64,000 nucleotides of DNA. Source: an uncultured virus (IMG/VR IMGVR_UViG_3300025408_000002) (Duplodnaviria > Heunggongvirae > Uroviricota > Caudoviricetes). The position numbers and the translations under genes are program-made. A model generated the notes under the pieces. It was not told the DNA's origin. It made no database searches and saw only the letters and a list, made by a program, of their open reading frames with translations. Positions within the stretch are counted from its first letter, which is position 1. Each line of letters begins with the position of its first letter. Shown piece after piece: positions 1-8,220 of the stretch. Location of the stretch: IMG/VR virus record IMGVR_UViG_3300025408_000002. One strand, written 5' to 3'.

Positions 1-502
1 GCACGCGCCGCGCATGGGCGACGGGATTGCGCGTGATGATTTCCTGCGCGGCCAGCCAGCCGAAGAGAGAACTCACGATGGCAAGATAGTTCACCACCGT
101 TTGCGGTTGGAGGCCACGCGCGAGCAGATCGCTCTGGAATGTTTCGATGTCGCCACGCCGCACCTCTCCCACGCGCATGTTCCCGAGTACGCGCGAAAGG
201 TGGGTGAATGCCGAATGGTAGGTGACATGCGTGCTCCGCGCCATGGCCTGACCCCTGGAATCGAAAAACCGCGCGCATGCTTCGCGAACGACCATACCGG
301 CGTAGGCGGACTTTCGCATCAGCGCTCCGCGCTCTCGTTCCTGTTCGGCAATCGTCAATGCCGCTTCGGCGTTTCGCTCATCATCGGGATTGGTCAGGCG
401 CCGACCCCGTTTGTCCAGGAGCGTAATCCATTCTTCGCGCTTGCCTTCGTAAAATACCCCACGCCACGCCCCATTCTTGAATCGCTTCTGCGGCCTTCTC
501 AT
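1..502 (-). CDS. int: Tyrosine recombinase/phage integrase, N-terminal part (runs off window start)
   Basis: Manual translation from ATG at 502 (ATGA overlap with repressor stop): MRRPQKRFKNGAWRGVFYEG...STHVTYHSAFTHL...RVGEVRRGDIETFQSDLLARGLQPQTVVNYLAIVSSLFGWLAAQEIITRNPV, a typical integrase core-binding domain; absent from the ORF track because the stop is outside the window. Confidence 0.85.
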   Translation of the reverse strand, partial: MRRPQKRFKNGAWRGVFYEGKREEWITLLDKRGRRLTNPDDERNAEAALTIAEQERERGALMRKSAYAGMVVREACARFFDSRGQAMARSTHVTYHSAFTHLSRVLGNMRVGEVRRGDIETFQSDLLARGLQPQTVVNYLAIVSSLFGWLAAQEIITRNPVAHARRV

Positions 503-1044
503 CGTGTGGACCGCTCCCGCGAATCGTCCACGATTGCCACCAACATGCGCTGCTCGTACTCCGATTGCACGCGCCGCAGTTGTCCCAACATCAGCACGTA
601 CTCCTTCTTGAATGCTTCCCTTGTACGGTCGGGTAAATCCTCCCATCTCTCGCGTAAGCCGTACACTTCGGCGAGACGTTGATACTCCGCGTGCATAGAG
701 TCCTCGTCCATACGTGATACAACAGGCACCGTGAACGGTGCTTTATCCTCTCGTACTGAATTTCCGTCTCTTGCACCGCTGTCTCCTCTGTGCATCTCCA
801 CGCGCTCTTTCAGCGCTCGCCCCTCGGGTGTGGGCATGAATGGATCTCCTTTGCCCGTGGTGAGCCAATCCCAATTCACGCCAGGAATACGTCGCTCCAC
901 AAGCTGCCTGCTCATGGCGTCACGTTTCCGCCAGTTGGTGATATTGCCCCGCCCAAGTCTTAATCCGAGCGCAAGGTTGTCATCGGTATCCACCTGAAAC
1001 AATTCCTTCAGCCGCTGGATCATCACGTCGGATTCGTTTTCCAT
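499..1044 (-). CDS. CI-like phage repressor (HTH)
   Basis: IQRLKELFQVDTDDNLALGLRLGRGNITNWRKRD...VNWDWLTTGKGDPF resembles the phage CI repressor HTH; divergent from a Cro-like gene. Confidence 0.8.
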   Translation of the reverse strand: MENESDVMIQRLKELFQVDTDDNLALGLRLGRGNITNWRKRDAMSRQLVERRIPGVNWDWLTTGKGDPFMPTPEGRALKERVEMHRGDSGARDGNSVREDKAPFTVPVVSRMDEDSMHAEYQRLAEVYGLRERWEDLPDRTREAFKKEYVLMLGQLRRVQSEYEQRMLVAIVDDSRERSTR

Positions 1045-1066
1045 GCCCGTCCTAACTATTTCTGTT

Positions 1067-1139
1067 CAACAATGTCGCCGCCTCTTGACATCATTGTTGT
1101 TTTGGTTGTATATTGCACCGCCTTGATGAAACAACAATG
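1067..1139. promoter_or_regulatory. Lysis/lysogeny switch: rightward sigma70-like promoter with candidate operators
   Basis: TTGACA 1085-1090 and TATATT 1109-1114; CAACAATG at 1067-1074; 11-bp inverted repeat CATTGTTGTTT (1092-1102) / AAACAACAATG (1129-1139). Confidence 0.65.
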
Positions 1140-1169
1140 GCACCTTCACCGATCAGGCAAGCGACAAAA

Positions 1170-1418
1170 ATGCAACACAATATGCACGCATCCACGCAGA
1201 AAATCAATATGCGGCAGAAGCTATACAGAGGAATCTACGGCGATGTCGCCAAACGGCTCGGAATTGCACGCACGGCAGCATACATGCGCTATCGTCGGGG
1301 GGATTTAGTGGTCACTAAGCTGGTACTGGAGGAAGCTCTGAAGCGCCAGCATGGGCACGAGAAAGAAAGTCGAAAAATCCGGGAACTTCTGGATTCGCTG
1401 CAAAGTAATCAACACTGA
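1170..1418 (+). CDS. Cro-like small DNA-binding protein
   Basis: YRGIYGDVAKRLGIARTAAYMRYRRG is HTH-like; first gene divergent from the repressor; start uncertain (track starts at 1113). Confidence 0.6.
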   Translation: MQHNMHASTQKINMRQKLYRGIYGDVAKRLGIARTAAYMRYRRGDLVVTKLVLEEALKRQHGHEKESRKIRELLDSLQSNQH

Positions 1419-1447
1419 AACAACAACGATGTAACGAATTTCAAACC

Positions 1448-1813
1448 ATGCGCCCCACCACACTCCATACCGCCATCACCACCGACGAACTCTACGTCGC
1501 GCTGCACGGTGACAAGGCCGACCCGAACGACCGCCTGCTCTCCACCGAGGGTGTGGCGGAATTCCTGTCGGTTCACCGCAGGACGGTGGAGCGGTATCGC
1601 AACGACGGGCGATTGGTTGTCGCGTGCGAAGTGGCGAGCGGGCCGCGCTACTGGCGCAGCCACGTACAGCGCATGGCGGCGGCGAATGTTCTGAAAACAC
1701 CGCTGGGGGTGGCCGTTCACCAATCACGTGAGCGCTCAACCACTGCCGCCCCCGGCAATGCTCGCATGGCAGAAAAGGCAATGCAGTCCCATGCTACCGG
1801 AGCAGTCCGGTGA
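1448..1813 (+). CDS. Excisionase-like HTH protein
   Basis: RLLSTEGVAEFLSVHRRTVERYRNDGRL...PRYWRSHV is a MerR/Xis-type HTH; the 3' end overlaps tRNA-like RNA 1. Confidence 0.75.
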   Translation: MRPTTLHTAITTDELYVALHGDKADPNDRLLSTEGVAEFLSVHRRTVERYRNDGRLVVACEVASGPRYWRSHVQRMAAANVLKTPLGVAVHQSRERSTTAAPGNARMAEKAMQSHATGAVR

Positions 1814-1883
1814 CGAGGCACAACTCGTCGGGATGGATCAGTCGCAAGACCCCGTGCAGGTTCGATCCCTGCTGCGAGCACCA
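1760..1883 (+). ncRNA. tRNA-like RNA 1 (124 nt), anticodon loop replaced by two hairpins
   Basis: Acceptor GCTCGCA/TGCGAGC + ACCA; D arm GCA-GAAAAGGCAA-TGC; stem GTCCC/GGGAT enclosing ACCGG/CCGGT and GACGAG/CTCGTC; GTC-GCAA-GAC extra arm; T arm GCAGG-TTCGATC-CCTGC. Confidence 0.8.
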
Positions 1884-1935
1884 GGACCCGAAACCCGAAA
1901 TACAGGAGATACGACGATGTAATACCCAACACAAG

Positions 1936-2110
1936 CAGTCGCCGAGTAACAGGAAAGGGTTTGGTGTGTGCGGTTGACTTGGGTGACGCGCACGAAGCCG
2001 GGCTGGCGGAAACCAGAGTGCCCAAGCGAGAAAGGCGACACCGCAGTTATCTGCGGCAGCACAAAGAGAGGGACGGGGGCGTTCCAGCAGCCCCCTCCCG
2101 ATAAAGACTG
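1936..2110 (+). ncRNA. Candidate structured RNA between the two tRNA-like elements
   Basis: Nested complementary pairs CAGTC/GACTG, TGCGGT/ACCGCA, CTTGGG/CCCAAG, CTGG/CCAG, GGGGGC/GCCCCC; no credible ORF. Confidence 0.45.
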
Positions 2111-2121
2111 AAGATCGTGGT

Positions 2122-2326
2122 GCAACTGTGGCGGAATTGGTATACGCAGGACTGAATGGGTCCGGGTGGGTCGTGCACGAGCCGTATTGTAAACAGGCCA
2201 GATAAACAGCTCAAGATACGGACGGCCCAACAAGTTCAGTGAAAATCATAACATGGGTCCCTTTCTAAAGGTGCTGGCTAACACTGAGTATATCCCAAGC
2301 AGGTTCAAATCCTGTCGGTTGCGCAA
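2122..2326 (+). ncRNA. tRNA-like RNA 2 (~205 nt) with a ~150-nt structured insert replacing the anticodon and variable arms
   Basis: Acceptor GCAACTG/CGGTTGC; Leu-type D arm GCG-GAATTGGTATA-CGC; T arm GCAGG-TTCAAAT-CCTGT; insert helices ACTGAA/TTCAGT, TGGGTCGT/ACGGCCCA, CCGTAT/ATACGG; ends GCAA rather than NCCA. Confidence 0.75.
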
Positions 2327-2353
2327 ATGAGACCCTATCGAGGAGAGACGAAA

Positions 2354-2737
2354 ATGTACAGCTCAAATGTGGACGTGGAGCGGTTGACGGATCGGATCAG
2401 CGTACTGCTGGCCGACGTTGCCAGCGAGGACCGCTACGAACTGACCGAGGAAGAGGCCGCGCGCGTCAACGACCTGCACGAGAAAGCCACAGCGTTGTAT
2501 CTGGCTGGCACCACGGCGCCGACGGGGCCCTATGCCACCGTGGACGATGTGGTGAACGCCCTCCGCAACTGCAAGGCATCGCGCCTGTTCCGGGTGCTCT
2601 ACATCACGCGCAATGCTGCCGATGGCTCCTTCGCGTGGTACTGCGACCCCATTCTCTTCCGACCCGAGGACGTGCTGATCGAACAGATCGTGTACAACAA
2701 CCTCTCGCGGAGATACGAGCGATGCCCTGTCCATTGA
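2354..2737 (+). CDS. Hypothetical phage protein
   Basis: AGGAG upstream of ATG 2354; protein-like composition. Confidence 0.65.
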   Translation: MYSSNVDVERLTDRISVLLADVASEDRYELTEEEAARVNDLHEKATALYLAGTTAPTGPYATVDDVVNALRNCKASRLFRVLYITRNAADGSFAWYCDPILFRPEDVLIEQIVYNNLSRRYERCPVH

Positions 2738-2907
2738 ACCCCATCGCGGCTTTCCTGGTCGCGTGCGCAATGGCGGGTCTGATATGGCTGATCGGGACGA
2801 TAGTCGAAGGACCAACGCAGGAAATCGACAACGAATATGACGAACTCCCTCTTTTACCGGAGGACGGCGCAGACGGGGCGCCGGAGAATAGACCGAACGA
2901 TGCGTGA
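2722..2907 (+). CDS. Small single-TM protein
   Basis: MPCPLNPIAAFLVACAMAGLIWLIGTIV hydrophobic helix followed by an acidic tail. Confidence 0.45.
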   Translation: MPCPLNPIAAFLVACAMAGLIWLIGTIVEGPTQEIDNEYDELPLLPEDGADGAPENRPNDA

Positions 2908-2939
2908 CCGCCGGCGCATCAAGTGTGAGGAGCACTACC

Positions 2940-4553
2940 ATGAACGGCACCGCCCAGGGCGGCCACTACAAGAAGTATCAGGTGTACTTCTTCCTCTACC
3001 TGGCCGTCATCTGCGAACTGCTCATCATCATCGTTGAGCGCGACGACGCCGAAGCGTCACTCCTCCAGCAGCAGCGCTTGCTGGAAGTGAAGAACCGGAA
3101 AATCATCCTCGAATTGCTGAAGAACATGCCCGCGGTTGCGGCCGCCGGCGATAACCAGCTCAAGGTCGGGGAGGCCCGCGATTTCACCATCAGCGTGAAG
3201 GGATTGGGCGACAATGACGATGTGACCACCCCGCCCGTGGTGAAGGTCTACAAGGACGGCACCGAGATCGAAACCCTGACATATCCCGAGGCGATCAGCG
3301 ACAGCATTCTGCACGGCAGCAGCGGCGAACGCCTGTACCGTTTCAACTGGAAGGCGGACAAGGGTCCGGGCATCTTCGAACTGTGGGTGCAGGCGGGAAC
3401 GAACCGCGTCTCTCTCCAGCCCGACATCGAGGAAGGCACCGCGCGCGTGAAGGTGGGCTCGCTGGAGTTCACCCGGGCGGAAATCCGCAGTGCTCTCGAC
3501 ACCGACCCCATCACCACCGGCGTGCCCATCGAGGAATTCGTCCGGCAGAGCGAAACGCTGAACCCCGACAAGTTCATCGTGGAAGTGGTGGCCGAGGAAT
3601 ACGATCAGTTGCAGATTCAGGCTGATGGTCTGGTCACGGCAGTGGGCTATCCCGCATTCAACGAGATCAAGGTGCGCGGCACCACCGTGGACAAAATCGG
3701 CGGTATGAATGCGCTCGGTGGCGGCACCGTGCTGTCTCCGACGAGCAGTGGCAACCCCTATCACACCACCGATCCCGAGCGCGGACGCTGGGTGTGGAGC
3801 GGCAATTTCGACAAGCCCGGAACGTACACCGTCACGGTTGACGCGCGGGATCGTCGCAACGCAGGCCCGCGCTCGGTGGCGCGTCCCGTCGCATTCGATG
3901 TGACCGTGAAGCGGCCCGCCCTCGCGCGCGTGCGTCCGAGCGGCGCCTTCACCGGAGAGACCTTCGAAATGGCCGTCAATGTGGCGGGCCTCGAGAACGT
4001 GGGCGATTACCGTTGGACGGTGAAGCTCGACGGCGCGGAAGTGGCCGAAGGACGCGGCGCCATCGTGCGCTACCTCGTGCCCGAGAACGCCGCCAGCAAG
4101 AGCATGAGCATTCATGCTGAGTACCGTGGACGCGCATACCTGGTTCTCCCCGACAGCGCGGCGACCGAGATGGCGGCGTCCGAATGGATGTATCCCGTGC
4201 TCAACCCGCGCGACCGCATCTACAATGCCTCGTTCAGCAAGAACGGCGAGTATCCCATCAACAACGTCTTCAGCTTCGTCGCCGCTCGCTGCGGGCGCTG
4301 CGTGAACGCCAACATCCGCAATGTGGACGCCGGCGCCATCCGCGTGGAAGCCACCAGCGATGACGGACGCGACCTGCTGGACGATGTGCTCCTCACCCCC
4401 ATCAAGGACGCCAATGGCCGCGATGCGGGCGTGAATGTGAAGTTCTTCCTCAAGACCAAGGGCAAGATCAGCCGTGACGGAATGGATGCCGTGATCCGCG
4501 TGCGCGTGGGCTCCACCGTCGACGACTATCCCGTCCGACTGTTCGCCGAGTAA
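2940..4553 (+). CDS. GldM/PorM-like single-pass membrane protein with a large beta-rich periplasmic region
   Basis: N-terminal TM YQVYFFLYLAVICELLIIIVERD carrying intramembrane acidic residues, then beta-rich domains; RBS GAGGAG; own terminator; family by resemblance only. Confidence 0.5.
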   Translation: MNGTAQGGHYKKYQVYFFLYLAVICELLIIIVERDDAEASLLQQQRLLEVKNRKIILELLKNMPAVAAAGDNQLKVGEARDFTISVKGLGDNDDVTTPPVVKVYKDGTEIETLTYPEAISDSILHGSSGERLYRFNWKADKGPGIFELWVQAGTNRVSLQPDIEEGTARVKVGSLEFTRAEIRSALDTDPITTGVPIEEFVRQSETLNPDKFIVEVVAEEYDQLQIQADGLVTAVGYPAFNEIKVRGTTVDKIGGMNALGGGTVLSPTSSGNPYHTTDPERGRWVWSGNFDKPGTYTVTVDARDRRNAGPRSVARPVAFDVTVKRPALARVRPSGAFTGETFEMAVNVAGLENVGDYRWTVKLDGAEVAEGRGAIVRYLVPENAASKSMSIHAEYRGRAYLVLPDSAATEMAASEWMYPVLNPRDRIYNASFSKNGEYPINNVFSFVAARCGRCVNANIRNVDAGAIRVEATSDDGRDLLDDVLLTPIKDANGRDAGVNVKFFLKTKGKISRDGMDAVIRVRVGSTVDDYPVRLFAE

Positions 4554-4561
4554 ATAATGGC

Positions 4562-4598
4562 GGAAGGGCTCCGTGCGCGATCACGGAGCCCTTCCTTT
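4562..4598 (+). terminator. Rho-independent terminator
   Basis: 14-bp stem GGAAGGGCTCCGTG / CACGGAGCCCTTCC followed by TTT. Confidence 0.75.
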
Positions 4599-4632
4599 GA
4601 AAACAGAAAGCTAAGGTTCAAAGGTAATACAA

Positions 4633-5085
4633 ATGAATTCGGAAGTCAATACCACTCAGGATACGGCGTCTCTCCTCAACGCCAGCGGTGATACCCCGGT
4701 TTCGCCCACCCCAGCGGAACCGGGGCGCTCCGCGCCTATTTCGACCGTAGGATCGCCGTACTACTGCCTCTCCGAAGGCACACTGCAACAGCTACGATTC
4801 ATGGTGTTGCGGGAGCTTGCGGCGGGCAGCGACTATGCATTCCTCACTCTCGTGGAAATCGATACGCTGCCGCGCCTTGGATCCCTGTTCGAGCCGCTGC
4901 TCGCCGAACTCGCGGCCACAAAGCAGGAACTCGCGAACGTGACCGAGGAGCGGAACAGCATCCACCGCGTCAAGGAAATCGCTGAGGAACACAACGCATT
5001 CCTGTCGGCGCAAAATGAGGCGCTGCGGGCGAAAATCGGCATACTGGAAGGCGGTGCGCGCATACTGGAAGGCGGTGCGCAATGA
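4633..5085 (+). CDS. Hypothetical coiled-coil protein
   Basis: 150-aa ORF with ATGA overlap into the next gene. Confidence 0.6.
   Translation: MNSEVNTTQDTASLLNASGDTPVSPTPAEPGRSAPISTVGSPYYCLSEGTLQQLRFMVLRELAAGSDYAFLTLVEIDTLPRLGSLFEPLLAELAATKQELANVTEERNSIHRVKEIAEEHNAFLSAQNEALRAKIGILEGGARILEGGAQ
5039..5080 (+). repeat. Perfect 21-bp tandem duplication
   Basis: GCATACTGGAAGGCGGTGCGC twice, in frame (ILEGGA repeated). Confidence 0.95.
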
Positions 5086-6170
5086 AAGCATTCAACGAAG
5101 AGGAATACCGCGACACCAACAAGTATATCTTGCTGCGTCCCGCCGAATTCCTGCTGGAAGCGTCACCGTTCCTCAAGTTCGGCGTGGCCGAACTGCGATT
5201 CACCGATTACGAGCGGGAATGGTACAAGAGCGGCAGCAACTTCTCGCTGCGACTGCCCGCGTTGTTGCGCATTCTCGCGGCCGCCAACATATCCCTGGTC
5301 GATACGCGCATCAATGACGACGGGAGCAACCCGAATTTCGGAGCGGCCAGCGCTACCGGCGCGGTGCGCATGCCGGACGGGACGACGCGGACGGTGACAA
5401 TGAGCGGCACATTCGATGTGGATGCGGTGATACGCCAGAACATCGAGAAAAGCCTCAATTCCTCGGAAACGTACTGGATGAAGAAGGGGACAGCGAAGTA
5501 TCCGGGCAAGGGCATGTCCGATAAACAAATTACCGAATACCACGAACGCGAACGGCCGGTGCTCCAGCGTTACCGTCACCAACGCGCGCAATCGTCCGCC
5601 ATCGCCTCTGTCGCGCGAAAAGCGCTGGGGATGCCTACCTCGTACACCGAGGACGAGACCAAGAAGACATTCGTTGTGCCGGTGATTACTCCCGACATCG
5701 ATCAACTGATACAGGGCGATCCCAATGTGCGGATGCTGGTTGTAGCAAACGCCATCGGCGCCACAGGACTGCTATACGGCGGACGCTCGTCGGGCGGGGG
5801 ACACCATGCTATTCCCCAGCACGAAGAACGGCCGCAACTCCCCGAGGGAGGATTGCCGGAATCTCCACAGACTCAATCGGACGCGGGCTACAATCAGGGC
5901 CCCGTCAGTAGGGACGGCAATCCTCCACTCCCGCCTGAACTCGCCGGCGGCGCTCCGCCTCCTCCCGCGAATCCCGACGCAGAGATTCAGGCGAATTGGG
6001 AAGCGGCGGACGATGTGCAACGCATGAAGAAACTCAACGAGCTGTTCTACTCCCGCAAGCACTCGCAGCCCGAGAAGCGCCTCGCCGAACTCCTGCGCGA
6101 GACACCCGAGAACCAAGCCAAGGCCATTGTAACCATGCTGAAACTGCCGATACTGGAGACCGCTCAATGA
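5082..6170 (+). CDS. Phage protein, possible ssDNA-annealing/recombination protein
   Basis: 362 aa, globular N-terminus and Pro-rich linker; directly upstream of the SbcD-like gene; function inferred from position. Confidence 0.4.
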   Translation: MKAFNEEEYRDTNKYILLRPAEFLLEASPFLKFGVAELRFTDYEREWYKSGSNFSLRLPALLRILAAANISLVDTRINDDGSNPNFGAASATGAVRMPDGTTRTVTMSGTFDVDAVIRQNIEKSLNSSETYWMKKGTAKYPGKGMSDKQITEYHERERPVLQRYRHQRAQSSAIASVARKALGMPTSYTEDETKKTFVVPVITPDIDQLIQGDPNVRMLVVANAIGATGLLYGGRSSGGGHHAIPQHEERPQLPEGGLPESPQTQSDAGYNQGPVSRDGNPPLPPELAGGAPPPPANPDAEIQANWEAADDVQRMKKLNELFYSRKHSQPEKRLAELLRETPENQAKAIVTMLKLPILETAQ

Positions 6171-7321
6171 TACGCATACGATTGGCGCACATCGCCGACC
6201 TGCACTACTGTCACAAATTCCGCGACGTTGTTCTCCAATCTCTCGCATTCGCGCGTGAGAGCGCGCTCGAGCGCGGCTGCACGCATGCGGCGTGGGTGGG
6301 AGACGTTTACGATTCCGCGGTGATCCTGGGCGACAAGGACCTGAGCAACGACCTCGACGCCGAATTCATGCGCTGGGCCGACCGCATGCACGTGCTCGGT
6401 GTGGAAGGGAACCACGAAACGCCCGGTGCTCTCGAACACTTCAACCATTTCAACACGGCCAAGTTTGTCCATTTCGCGCGCTACCCTCAGCTCCTTGTGA
6501 AGGACGGCATCGCATTCATGCTGGTGCCGTTCCCTCGCAAGGGGTGGCTGGCTCCGCACGTGGCGTCCATCGAGGAAGGGCAGCGCATGGAAGTGGAGGC
6601 GCTGCGTCTGGTGATGCACGGACTTTCGGCCGAACTCGCCGAAATACCCGGTGGTGATTCCCTCGCGCGCGTGCTGCTGTATCACAACGACGTGTACGGC
6701 AGCGTGATGGATCAGGGACAGACTCTCGTCGGCACGCGCCTGAAACTCGCCGCCGCTGACCTCGAGCCCCATGCTGATTACGTTGCGCTGGGCGACATCC
6801 ACCGCACGCAGAAGCTGGGATCCTCGTGCTGGTATCCCGGCTCGTTGATTCACACCGATTACAGCGAAACAGGCCCGCGTGTCATGCTGATCGTGGACGT
6901 GTGGCGCGGTGGCTACGAAATCGTTGACCAGGTGATACTGCCCTCCATCGAGCGCACCAACATGCGCGTGGACATGCGCCATGGTGCTCCCGACATCACC
7001 GAACGCCCCGCGCATATCCAGAACTGCGACGTGCGGGTGATCGTGAAAATCATGCGCGAGCAGTATGAGACCTTCGACGAAAAGCGTGTGCATGTGCTCC
7101 TCGCGGAAACCTTCCCTGGCCAGACCTATCACAATCTGACCATCGAATACGACAAGGAGCGCGTCACCGTTGACAGCCCATTCTCCAAGGAGATTGTGTC
7201 CGCACAGACCTTGCGTCAGAAAGCGGCAGTGTGGGCAAAATCGCAGGGCCGCGTACTCACCGAGCCCGTGCTCAAAAAGTTCGATGCTGTTGAACTCGAA
7301 GCGGCTGGGGTGGAAGCATGA
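6167..7321 (+). CDS. sbcD: SbcD/Mre11-like metallophosphoesterase nuclease
   Basis: Motifs HIADLH, GDVYD, GNHE, YVALGDIH, YPGS. Confidence 0.9.
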   Translation: MIRIRLAHIADLHYCHKFRDVVLQSLAFARESALERGCTHAAWVGDVYDSAVILGDKDLSNDLDAEFMRWADRMHVLGVEGNHETPGALEHFNHFNTAKFVHFARYPQLLVKDGIAFMLVPFPRKGWLAPHVASIEEGQRMEVEALRLVMHGLSAELAEIPGGDSLARVLLYHNDVYGSVMDQGQTLVGTRLKLAAADLEPHADYVALGDIHRTQKLGSSCWYPGSLIHTDYSETGPRVMLIVDVWRGGYEIVDQVILPSIERTNMRVDMRHGAPDITERPAHIQNCDVRVIVKIMREQYETFDEKRVHVLLAETFPGQTYHNLTIEYDKERVTVDSPFSKEIVSAQTLRQKAAVWAKSQGRVLTEPVLKKFDAVELEAAGVEA

Positions 7322-7602
7322 GCGCGCCGGGTAAAAGCAGCACACAATCCCAGCCACTTCCGAGCGATGGCGACTTATTGCTGGTGTTGCATAACGACCA
7401 AGATTATAGCGCCGTCGTAATGGAAAGTGCCGGTGGTTTTAAGTTGTACACCATACACCGTCGCGTCATATACCCATCAAATTTCGCCCGTCTTTTCCTT
7501 GTGCCTAAAGAACACAAGCTCATCGCGCAAAATCTTCACCGTGAATGGCTTGAGAACGAGGGTAAAGTTTGGGAGGTGGTGAAATATGGGAGCGGGTGGT
7601 GA
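7318..7602 (+). CDS. Hypothetical protein
   Basis: Translationally coupled, lower-GC ORF. Confidence 0.55.
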   Translation: MSAPGKSSTQSQPLPSDGDLLLVLHNDQDYSAVVMESAGGFKLYTIHRRVIYPSNFARLFLVPKEHKLIAQNLHREWLENEGKVWEVVKYGSGW

Positions 7603-7603
7603 G

Positions 7604-7981
7604 ATGAAAGCAGTGCGCTACATGAACAGCCAACGATACTGGATGCTCGACGACGCCCGCATTATGCCGAGACGTATGAAAAAAATCCTATGCGGCAAAC
7701 GACAATCCAAAAACGCACTGATAAAACGCATTGCCGGAGTTCAGATCATTGGCCCGGCAGACGGCCAGAACGCGCCCGACCTCTCCGAGTACTTTTGCAT
7801 AAAATGCGGGTGCAGTACTTCTGTTAGCGGCATGAATATGGTGGAGTACCCTGACCGATGGGTCGTTGATCGGTGTATGCGTTGCGGCGAAAAAACGTGG
7901 GAAAGCGATAACTCGCCGTTCTACCACCCGCTCCATGATATTCTGTACGACCGGCTCGTCGCGGAAGGGGGTGGGGAGTGA
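7604..7981 (+). CDS. Zn-ribbon protein
   Basis: CIKCGC and CMRCG pairs. Confidence 0.6.
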   Translation: MKAVRYMNSQRYWMLDDARIMPRRMKKILCGKRQSKNALIKRIAGVQIIGPADGQNAPDLSEYFCIKCGCSTSVSGMNMVEYPDRWVVDRCMRCGEKTWESDNSPFYHPLHDILYDRLVAEGGGE

Positions 7982-8220
7982 TGCGGCTATTTGAAATACT
8001 TGACAAACTGAATCAGATGGACAGTAGCGACGCCGGAGCCAATGCGAAGGTTGTTGTATGCCCTGATTTTGTTAGCAGCAAGACTACTGGACGTGGCGTG
8101 GAAATCACGATGGGCGCGGACGCATCGGTCAATCCACATCTGATGGTGGGACGACTGACTCCTATTCTGGTGCTCGTGGATATGGACGAGTACAAAAAGG
8201 TCGCGGAAGGGGGTGAGTGA
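7978..8220 (+). CDS. Hypothetical protein
   Basis: 80-aa ORF flanked by 16-bp direct repeats. Confidence 0.6.
   Translation: MMRLFEILDKLNQMDSSDAGANAKVVVCPDFVSSKTTGRGVEITMGADASVNPHLMVGRLTPILVLVDMDEYKKVAEGGE

Noticed and set aside
14..682. 222-aa plus-strand ORF
   Set aside because: Antisense shadow of the integrase and repressor genes
2149..2250. Group I intron in a tRNA (AGGACTGAA...TGAAAATC could rejoin into a GAA anticodon loop)
   Set aside because: The insert would be under 100 nt, no group I core recognised and the rejoined stem pairs poorly; kept only as something to test
2122..2326. tmRNA
   Set aside because: Has a real D stem, lacks the GGGG...CCACCA Ala acceptor and is too short
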